From Candidatus Heimdallarchaeota archaeon (GTDB taxonomy: Archaea > Asgardarchaeota > Heimdallarchaeia > JABLTI01): DNA of 64,000 nt. A model generated the notes under the pieces. That model was not told the DNA's origin. It ran no database searches and was given only the letters and a program-made list of their open reading frames with translations. A program made the position numbers and the translations under genes. Location: NCBI GenBank assembly GCA_018238155.1, contig JABCTZ010000046.1, positions 96,001 through 160,000 of the forward strand, given 5' to 3'. Positions 31,553-39,600 of this stretch are shown here, in pieces (the stretch's first letter is position 1; each line of letters begins with the position of its first letter).

Positions 31553-33067
31553 TTAATTGGTAGGCTCTTTCTTAGGTTGTTCGTTTACTTCAATAAATTC
31601 TTTTTCCTCTTCAATCTCTTCACTAAAGATTTCATCTTTACTATGGCTTTTACGAATACCGACAGTTTGAAGGAAGAACAAATAAAATTTGTGAAGCCAA
31701 GCATAGACCAGATAAAGTGCTTTGATATCAAGAGCATGATAGATTATTAGCAATAGTGTAAAACCTAGTATCCAGAAAACAAATGGTAAAGAAGAAACAA
31801 GTATATCTGCTAAATTTACATATAATAACGGATGACTTTTTTTGAATACATCATTAGAAGCTAATGAATATACCCAGGATTTTTGTAAACCAAGAGTAAA
31901 GATGTATAATGGAAAGATTGTAACAACGGTTATGATAGATGCCCATACTTTCTTTTTCCATTCTCCTGGTGTAGCAACTATTAAACCAATCATAAATGCA
32001 ACAAGACCAAAACCTGTACCAAATAAACCAATTTTGAAATCTACATTACGTGCATTTTTGAAAATTGAAACCCACCAATAATCAACTTGGTCAAAGAATT
32101 TCCTTTCAGCACCAAACCAATTGATAGCAACCATATCTGAAGAGCTTGCAATCAGTTTACTAAATCCCGGAATAAAACCAAACAGTAATATGACACCAGA
32201 TACTATAGCAAAAATACCAAAGGTTTTACCAACAAATTGCCATTTGTCTTTGTTCAATTCTTTACTTGGATAAAAAAATATTTTTTCGATGTTTGATTTA
32301 GTAACCTCACTTTGTTCTATTTCAGCAGAAACACTTTTCTCTGGATTAGAGTTATCAATAGATGATGTTATCGAATAAAATGATCGACCTTCAATTTTCC
32401 ATGTTAAACGTTTTACTCCTTCACCTATTGCATCCATCCAAGCTCCAAATGTCGATACAATTTTGACACCTGTTCGTTCAATTACTAGAGTAAATATTAC
32501 AATACCAATAAAACCAAACACTTTACTAAGCATATCATGTGCCCAGAAAAATGCAGTATGAGCTTCCATACCACCTTGATAGAGGTAATTAGTAAACCAG
32601 AAGTGAAATGAGACTCTGAAAGTATTACCAATATGCATCATCAATAAATTGACAACTTGAGCAATTGTTTTTTTGTGCCACTTTGCAGGAGTAACTAAAA
32701 TTAGAGCCATTAAGAGTGCACCTGCTTCCATTCCTGTACAAGCTCGAATAATTAGAAGAGTAATTGGATATCCATCTAATTTAATTCCTGGAAAATCTTC
32801 GCCGAATTGGACTAGTCCATTATTTAAAATATCATCATCAATTCTTTCATAATATCCACGAACAAAATCATCATAGTTCATCCCAAAAATAACCTTCATT
32901 AACCAAGCAGAATTTTCTCTTACTAATAATTCAAGGAATTCAAATGCGCCAAGCCAATCAAGTCCGAAATATAGGAACACTACCAAGCCAATAAAAATTG
33001 GAAAACTTCTCAAGAAAAAGTTCATTCTACTTCGGGGGTTAGAGGGATACCATGACACTTGTGACAT
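31553..33067 (-). CDS. Archaeosortase/exosortase family protein with duplicated domain
   Basis: Catalytic Cys (IIRACTG), Arg (GNTFR) and His (WAHD) in the first half. The second half is homologous but lacks all three. Confidence 0.8.
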   Translation of the reverse strand: MSQVSWYPSNPRSRMNFFLRSFPIFIGLVVFLYFGLDWLGAFEFLELLVRENSAWLMKVIFGMNYDDFVRGYYERIDDDILNNGLVQFGEDFPGIKLDGYPITLLIIRACTGMEAGALLMALILVTPAKWHKKTIAQVVNLLMMHIGNTFRVSFHFWFTNYLYQGGMEAHTAFFWAHDMLSKVFGFIGIVIFTLVIERTGVKIVSTFGAWMDAIGEGVKRLTWKIEGRSFYSITSSIDNSNPEKSVSAEIEQSEVTKSNIEKIFFYPSKELNKDKWQFVGKTFGIFAIVSGVILLFGFIPGFSKLIASSSDMVAINWFGAERKFFDQVDYWWVSIFKNARNVDFKIGLFGTGFGLVAFMIGLIVATPGEWKKKVWASIITVVTIFPLYIFTLGLQKSWVYSLASNDVFKKSHPLLYVNLADILVSSLPFVFWILGFTLLLIIYHALDIKALYLVYAWLHKFYLFFLQTVGIRKSHSKDEIFSEEIEEEKEFIEVNEQPKKEPTN

Positions 33068-33351
33068 CTATTTTTCAACCATCTTTAGGTTTGCAATAGT
33101 TATTCAAAAATATTTGCTTTAATTTTTTTAGGCAATCTTTTATTTTCAACATCTCTCTGCAAATAATTTATGCTTGATATATTTTCAACTCATTTATCGT
33201 TTATTTATAAAATTTACTGGAGATGGCAACTCTCAGAATTCATTTTAATCATTTAATTTTTAAAAAATATTAATATTATTTTAATCAAGACTCAATGAAA
33301 TAGAAGATGGGATAATACTGAACATTGGAATACTATTTTTTGTTTAGTAGT

Positions 33352-33717
33352 TTATTGATTATTATTTTCTAACCATTTCTTAATTGTTTGTTGACCATAA
33401 CCAGTTATCTTCCAAAAAGATTTTCTTGCAATAAGGGATTTTACAACTACTTCTTCATCAAACATACTTTTGAGATGATAATTCACAATATGATAACTTA
33501 GACCTATACTTTCAGCTATTTGAATCGTTGATACACGTTCATTTGGTAGTTCGTATAAATATATGAGAATTTTATTTCTCATTTGAAGTCCTTTTTTAGT
33601 ATTTCTTTTTTTGCGAAGGATTGCTTCAGAACGATCAATCTTTTCTTTTGACAAAGATATTTCAACACCAAAAATGACTGTTGTGTAAAGTATCACACAA
33701 GGCATCAAATTTATCAT
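33352..33717 (-). CDS. Winged-helix (ArsR-like) DNA-binding protein
   Basis: R.KIL..L…ST.QIAESIGLSYH.V.YHLK.M..E.VV. The true start is probably downstream of 33717. Confidence 0.75.
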   Translation of the reverse strand: MINLMPCVILYTTVIFGVEISLSKEKIDRSEAILRKKRNTKKGLQMRNKILIYLYELPNERVSTIQIAESIGLSYHIVNYHLKSMFDEEVVVKSLIARKSFWKITGYGQQTIKKWLENNNQ

Positions 33718-33816
33718 TCGATTTAATGTTTAAAAAGAAGTTGGTTCGGATAGTATACTTTTAAAGGAACTTCAATGAGATGAGATAATTATTTTACAAC
33801 CACTTTTGTGATGATA

Positions 33817-34929
33817 ATGACTCCAATAAACGGATCAAAAAAACAAATAGAAATAACAAATGGAAGTGGAGCAATTACATTCGAAAAGAAGTTCCGTTTT
33901 GCATCTATTAAGAGTCCCTTGGAGAATTTCGAAACTGTAGAACAAAAAATAGAATTTAGAAAAGATCCACTACTCAACCATTGATCTAGAATTAATACTC
34001 TTAGAGCAGAACGTATTAAACAAGCTGCAAGTTCAAATGAAAGCTTTCAAACAAATTTAGAAGATTTAATAATGAAATCTGGCCAAGAGTGCTTCTTTTG
34101 TCCTGAAAAAGTTTCAATATCTACTCCAAAATTCCCTGAAAAATTAGGTTTAGGAGATCGTGTTATTGTCGACAATTTCACTTTATTCCCTAATCTATTT
34201 GTTTTCTCTGAATTTCATGCGGTGGGAACATTGGGTGAACAACATTTCACTCAATTAAATGAAATTAATGGAACAACTTGGAAAAATGCTATTTTAGGTT
34301 CGATTAAATATTTTAAAGCAGTTTATAATTCAAACAAACAAGTAAAATATCCATCTTTTAATTTTAATTTTCTACCACCATCAGCATCCTCTATTCTGCA
34401 CCCCCATATTCAAATAATACAAGATATCAAACCAACTAAAATAATTGAAGAATTATTACTGAAATCAGAACAATATTACAAAGAAAATGGTAGCAACTAT
34501 TGGTTGGATCTAATCAATTCTGAAAAGTCGTTGAAAGATCGTTTTATTTCTGAAAATGATTTTATGTGTTGGATTGCAACATATTCTCCATTCGGTAAAA
34601 ATGAATTAACAGGTATAGTGAAATTAAATAAAACTGATTTAACTGAATTCACTGAAAAAGAAGCAGAGCTCTTCGGATTAGAAATTACAAAAGCATTATC
34701 AGCGCTATTTAATGGAAGAAATGCAAGATCAATTAACATGGCCGTTTTCTTAGGTCCTGTTGGAGAAAATCATTCAAATCATTATAAAATTAACGTGAAA
34801 ATTGTAACTAGACCAATATTAGTTCCCAATTATACTGCTGATGTTGGTTTTATGGAATTGCTTCACAATGAACCAATTACTGAAACCTCTCCTGAAGATA
34901 TTGCAAAATCTGTTAAAGAGTTCTTCTAA
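33817..34929 (+). pseudogene. galT: Galactose-1-phosphate uridylyltransferase family gene interrupted by an in-frame TGA at 33982-33984
   Basis: One continuous frame reads …IEFRKDPLLNH*SRINTLRAER…CFFCP…FPNLF…SILHPHIQ. The stop replaces the usual Trp of the RxDPLxxxW motif. Confidence 0.75.
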
Positions 34930-35170
34930 GAGTTCCCAGAAAATAATTGACGGTTTTATTATATTTGCTAGAAAAAAAACCTGATATGAGTGGATATCAC
35001 GAGCATTAAATCCAAAAGTCAAAATCAATTTTTTTCTATCTCCATTTCATTTACTCAAAATGTGGAGAGGTTATTCCCGTCTCTCGATTAAGGGCTTCCC
35101 AGGATGATAGAGAATAAGAGTAAAACAAAGTCTTCTAGCTAAATGAATTAAAAAGACTGTTTATTTTAGA

Positions 35171-35195
35171 AGGGGTGGGAGTGTAGGGGTCACAC
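35171..35195 (+). other. G-rich intergenic motif at the start of a purine-rich tract
   Basis: AGGGGTGGGAGTGTAGGGGTCACAC in an otherwise AT-rich region. Confidence 0.4.
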
Positions 35196-35374
35196 GCCAA
35201 AAAAATAGAAAGAAAAATGGAAACGAATAAGAAAAAGAAAAAAGAGGATAGCTAAAGACTTTTTAATCATAAAAAAAACAATAAACAATCAAAAGAAAGA
35301 AGAAATTCTTATTAAATGAAAAACGTAAAAGATAATAAGATAGACAGCGTAAAAAAAGAAGGAGATAAAAAGAA

Positions 35375-36334
35375 GTGAGTTTCCTAAGAAGATTAATCAG
35401 TGCCGATAAAAAGAAAAGCGGTGAGGATATAAGCTCAAAACAACACGTAGCAATAATAGGACTAGACGCAGCAGGGAAAACAACAATAGTAAAAAGAATA
35501 CTGCGGTCAGAATATACGCTGTCAAAACCAACGTTTGGAGTAAATATCGAAGTTTACAGATATAGAACATTGGAATTCATCGTTTGGGATTTAGGTGGTC
35601 ACGCCCCGATTCGCAAGACTCTTTGGAAGAAGTTTGTTACAAAAGCTCAGACTATTGTTTTTGTTGTTGATGCTTCTGATCAGAAGAGATTTCAGTTAGC
35701 CAAAGATGTTTTCTATGAAACTTTAGAAAACACTGATCCCAAAGCTCCTGTTCTTTTCTTGGCTAATAAATCTGATAAAGAAGATGCTGCCTCTTCTGTT
35801 GAGGTTATGGAAGCTTTAGATCTTCAACAAATGATTCGTCTTGATCGTCCTTTTAACATGTTTCGTTGCTCTGCTCTTACTGGCGAAGGTTTATTTCCCG
35901 CCTGGGATTGGTTAGTTGATATTGGAGCCAAGGATCAAGCTATTCCCACTTGGCATGTCAAAATCTTTTCAGCAGTTGTTTTTGATTCAAATGGTAAAGA
36001 ATTGGATCAATGCATTTTTGGCAATCCTACTCAACAAGCAAATGTTGCCACAGCTTATCGTGAATCTATAAGAGAAACTGAACGCTTTGCTAAACAAATG
36101 CGTGATTATAACGAAGCAGTTACTGTTCTTGAGATAATGAAAAATTATCAACTAGTGATTACTAAGAATAAGCTCTTTGTAATGGGTGTATTAATTGATG
36201 TCAATGACCCCGTTAGTAGAGTTTTAACAATTTCTAGCAGAATTTTCGAAGCAATTGAGATGGAATATCTTAAAGGTTTAAGTATTTCACTTCAAGAAGT
36301 TATCTCTAATTATTTTCCATTAGACTCTATTTAG
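35375..36334 (+). CDS. Arf-family small GTPase fused to a C-terminal longin/roadblock-like domain
   Basis: G1 GLDAAGKT, G2 PTFG, G3 WDLGGH, G4 ANKSD, G5 CSALTGEGL, and a ~120-aa beta-beta-alpha-beta-beta-beta-alpha tail. Confidence 0.9.
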   Translation: MSFLRRLISADKKKSGEDISSKQHVAIIGLDAAGKTTIVKRILRSEYTLSKPTFGVNIEVYRYRTLEFIVWDLGGHAPIRKTLWKKFVTKAQTIVFVVDASDQKRFQLAKDVFYETLENTDPKAPVLFLANKSDKEDAASSVEVMEALDLQQMIRLDRPFNMFRCSALTGEGLFPAWDWLVDIGAKDQAIPTWHVKIFSAVVFDSNGKELDQCIFGNPTQQANVATAYRESIRETERFAKQMRDYNEAVTVLEIMKNYQLVITKNKLFVMGVLIDVNDPVSRVLTISSRIFEAIEMEYLKGLSISLQEVISNYFPLDSI

Positions 36335-36483
36335 AGTCTTTTTTCATTTATCTCTTCTTCAAAATCTTTATTTTGTGTTATTGATAATATATACCGATAA
36401 GCATTTATTTGGTACTACAATTCATCAATATGAGAGCACTTTTTGTTTATTGAAAAATCAAGGATGAGAATGGACGTAGTAAT

Positions 36484-37449
36484 ATGAAGGCATCAAAAAA
36501 AGCGATTGAATCATTTGCAAAATACTTGAGCAAGGATAATCATAAAGTTCCTTGGGTGCTTCTTATTGGTGAGAAAGGTTCTGGAAAAACAACTGCACTT
36601 TATTATCTCCTTTCTTCAAACAGAGACAAAATCTTTCCTGACACAGTCCTTAATTGGATTGATATTTCTTATGGTCAAGAGTGGTTTAAGCTCATCGATA
36701 TTGGAAATGAGATTTTAAACGATGAGAGTGTAATTGATTATTTTCTTTCAATTGCAGATGGCATTGTCTACGTTTTGAATGGAGAATCCGATGAGTCTCT
36801 TAGAAAATCTGTTGAACCCTTCCATGCTATTGTGGAGAAGATACCTTCTAATGTTCCCTTACTAACATTAGTGAACAAAAAAAGCCCTGAAAATAAAGTT
36901 AATCTTAGCCGAGTTTTAAGTTATTTTAATTTAGCTAAAATTTCTTCTCCAACGGACCCTCGTTCCTTTCATTTCGAAATTTGCACTATTTTGACTGGAG
37001 AAGGCATTTATCGTGGATTTGATTGGTTTATTTCAAAACTAATGCACTACGAAGGTTATCATGAGTATGTCACTATCCACCGTGTGTTAATTTATGATGT
37101 TAATGGCTTACTTGACTTTGATGCCCAGTTCTCAAATATCATGGATGATACGCAAGATGCTGTTCTTATAACAGGTTTGCTTTCTGCATTAAATTCAATG
37201 ACCAGGACACTCTTCAAAGATTCAAGTTTCTTGGATGTTGTAACTGTAGGTGATTATTCTATGGTTCTTGTTTCTCGCAATCAAAAGATCTGTTGCCTTT
37301 TTGTTGAACGAGGTGGAGCTATTGGTAAAGCAAAACAAATTGCTGAAATGATATTAGATATTTTCCTCATTGAGGGCGAGGAAGGAAGACTTGCTATTGA
37401 GAACCTTATTGATGAAAGTAAAAATAGTGATGAAACAATATCCGTTTGA
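36484..37449 (+). CDS. Degenerate Arf-like GTPase fused to a C-terminal longin/roadblock-like domain
   Basis: G1 GEKGSGKT, altered G3 (DIGN), altered G4 (NKKS), CTILTGEGI..GFDW, and tail VLIYDVNGL…DAVLITGLLSALNSM. Confidence 0.8.
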   Translation: MKASKKAIESFAKYLSKDNHKVPWVLLIGEKGSGKTTALYYLLSSNRDKIFPDTVLNWIDISYGQEWFKLIDIGNEILNDESVIDYFLSIADGIVYVLNGESDESLRKSVEPFHAIVEKIPSNVPLLTLVNKKSPENKVNLSRVLSYFNLAKISSPTDPRSFHFEICTILTGEGIYRGFDWFISKLMHYEGYHEYVTIHRVLIYDVNGLLDFDAQFSNIMDDTQDAVLITGLLSALNSMTRTLFKDSSFLDVVTVGDYSMVLVSRNQKICCLFVERGGAIGKAKQIAEMILDIFLIEGEEGRLAIENLIDESKNSDETISV

Positions 37450-37542
37450 GGAATTTTTATTAAGGACGAGTTATGTTTTAATTAAACTAGAAAGCAAGAG
37501 AAAGAAGATTAGAAACTAATAATTAATGGAAGAAGATTTGAT

Positions 37543-38346
37543 ATGGTAGGAATTGAATCACAGAAGGAGCATTTACTTGGGATTGTTTTTGTGACATTTG
37601 AAGATACAGGTCCAGCTGTCCCGTATAATGATACTCCACTTACTGATGAACAGACACTCACATTAGCAGTAGAAGGTATGACAATTGTAGGTCTTGATGA
37701 AGGTTCTTCAGGAAAGACTATGGAAGAAAAGAAAAACCAAATGTTTGATACTATGGATGATAAAAAGTCATTTGGTCCTCTCCCAGTTCCGGGCGAACCA
37801 ACTTTTCGAGCAATGGCAATTACCTTTGATGTTGAAGCAGAGGCTTCATCAGACAATAGAATTCAAGAATTCGGAAGAAAATGCATTCTCTTCTTACTCT
37901 TTAAGGAAGACTATACTCGAGAGATTCTTGATGCTTATGGACTTATTAAACCCTATTTCTCAGTAATTGTACGAGATATCACTTCTGAAAAAGATTTAAC
38001 ATTCGCGAACCTCCAAGAGCTTTCAAAGAAAATGGGTATGCTCTTTTCTGGAAAACTTCCACGAATCTTCACCCTCTTAGAAGATGGCTCACCTAAAGAA
38101 TTAATTGGTAAAAAGATACCTGCTGGCGACGTTTTCTTAGTTGCTGATAAAAATAAATGTACTCTTTCCATTCTCTTCTATCACCCTGACCCTACTGTTT
38201 GGCGGAGAAGGCAAATATACAAAAGTGCTTCAGAGCTGAACTCGAGTGTTTTTAGAAATAAACTTAAAGTTATTTCAGTAACTGAAATTGCAGAAATGTC
38301 AAAAATACTTGATAGATTAAATGTTTCAATAGAAAAGATCCACTAA
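37543..38346 (+). CDS. Putative uDENN/longin-like domain fused to a gelsolin-like domain
   Basis: N-terminal GIVFVTFEDTGP…FGPLPVP…F.V……D.R…ILFLLF. C-terminal GDVFLVAD…L.I.F……RRQIYKSASEL. Confidence 0.55.
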   Translation: MVGIESQKEHLLGIVFVTFEDTGPAVPYNDTPLTDEQTLTLAVEGMTIVGLDEGSSGKTMEEKKNQMFDTMDDKKSFGPLPVPGEPTFRAMAITFDVEAEASSDNRIQEFGRKCILFLLFKEDYTREILDAYGLIKPYFSVIVRDITSEKDLTFANLQELSKKMGMLFSGKLPRIFTLLEDGSPKELIGKKIPAGDVFLVADKNKCTLSILFYHPDPTVWRRRQIYKSASELNSSVFRNKLKVISVTEIAEMSKILDRLNVSIEKIH

Positions 38347-38511
38347 GTTTTTTTAGCCGATTTTTTCTTCTCTTTCTCTTTTATTGTTTTTTTACCTAAA
38401 CTTTTTTATTTATGATAAAAATGAAATGCTTGAACGAATAGCTTTATATTTTAATAAATTACATTAAAAAACATTATAATTTAAACTTGGTGGAAATCTG
38501 GTGGAAGATTA

Positions 38512-39033
38512 TTGAGCAAAATAATAGCTAAAGTTGTTTTTGGTGGAGACGGAGGAGTTGGAAAAACAACTCTCATTCAGAGATACCTTACTGGAGAATT
38601 CATTGATACAACGAAGCTAACCATTGGTGTAGGTTTTCATATTCACCAAATGAGCTATCAAGAAAGAGATATTTCACTTTCTGTTTGGGATTGCGGTGGG
38701 CAAGAACAATTCAAACAAATGGGCATTTTCGATAATTACTTTCGAGGAGCACTTGTAGCTATCTTAATGTTTGATTTAACAAGAGCACTTTCTGTTAAAG
38801 GATTAGATACATGGTATGATTTTGTTGATAAAAATTCTAAGACATCCATTATTCTTGTTGGTGGTAAAAGTGATCTTCCAAGAGATCCACTTCTAGATGA
38901 AGATGTAATTGCAGAAACAATAAAACAGTATGAAGCCATTCGTTATGTTGAGACTTCTGCATCAAATGGTTTAGGAGTAAACCTCGTTTTCAATGAAATC
39001 GCTCGTTTATCATTGGATAAAATTCCAAAATAG
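38512..39033 (+). CDS. Rab/Ras-like small GTPase
   Basis: GDGGVGKT, TIGVGF, WDCGGQEQF, YFRGA, GKSD and ETSASNG. Confidence 0.92.
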   Translation: MSKIIAKVVFGGDGGVGKTTLIQRYLTGEFIDTTKLTIGVGFHIHQMSYQERDISLSVWDCGGQEQFKQMGIFDNYFRGALVAILMFDLTRALSVKGLDTWYDFVDKNSKTSIILVGGKSDLPRDPLLDEDVIAETIKQYEAIRYVETSASNGLGVNLVFNEIARLSLDKIPK

Positions 39034-39051
39034 GAACAAAAAACACTCCAT

Positions 39052-39555
39052 CTATAATTCAATTTTCAATAATTCTGATATTCGACGAATTACTTTGGGT
39101 ATTGCAGATTCAACCTCTGAAGATAAGTGTATTCCTAATCCTTCAATATCTTTAACTTGAACACCAATTATTCGTATTTCAGATGGTATATCATATTCTT
39201 GCAAAGAAAAAGCTAATTTTAATGCAGTTATCGCATCGAATCCGTGTGTTGAGCTTAGTCCTTTAATCTCAGGTATATCCTTATTCTTCACACAATATTC
39301 AACAATAGCACCTGGATGTAAATAATCTAAATCTACTGCATCAATAATTATACCCATCGACCATCCATCTAAAGCTAAAATGATATCAATACCTCCAGTT
39401 CCAAGATCTGTAATCTTCACATTAGCGGGGATATTCTTTTTTCTTAATTGCTCAATTATTCGTATTGCAACTCCATCATCAAGGCGTGTTAAATTTCCAA
39501 TGCCAATTATATGGGCATATTTCTCTTTTTGAAGTTTAGAAGATAATTTAGTCAA
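39052..39555 (-). CDS. [NiFe]-hydrogenase maturation protease (HyaD/HybD/HycI family)
   Basis: IGIGN..R.DDG, D.GT.G, IIIDAVD and STH. Confidence 0.9.
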   Translation of the reverse strand: MTKLSSKLQKEKYAHIIGIGNLTRLDDGVAIRIIEQLRKKNIPANVKITDLGTGGIDIILALDGWSMGIIIDAVDLDYLHPGAIVEYCVKNKDIPEIKGLSSTHGFDAITALKLAFSLQEYDIPSEIRIIGVQVKDIEGLGIHLSSEVESAIPKVIRRISELLKIEL

Positions 39556-39600
39556 TATTCTTTCAATCCAAGATAATTATAAAAAGAAGAAGAAGAAGAA

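Noticed and set aside
33982-33984. Selenocysteine or genetic-code reassignment at the galT TGA
   Set aside because: The position corresponds to Trp, not Cys. TGA terminates other genes here (4494, 22508, 23541, 37449), and no SECIS was recognised.
34930-35374. tRNA, SRP RNA or canonical ORB replication origin in the GC-richer intergenic patch
   Set aside because: No cloverleaf or T-loop consensus and only short stems (GAGAG/CTCTC). No clear TCCA-GAAAC ORB repeat and no cdc6/orc1 nearby.
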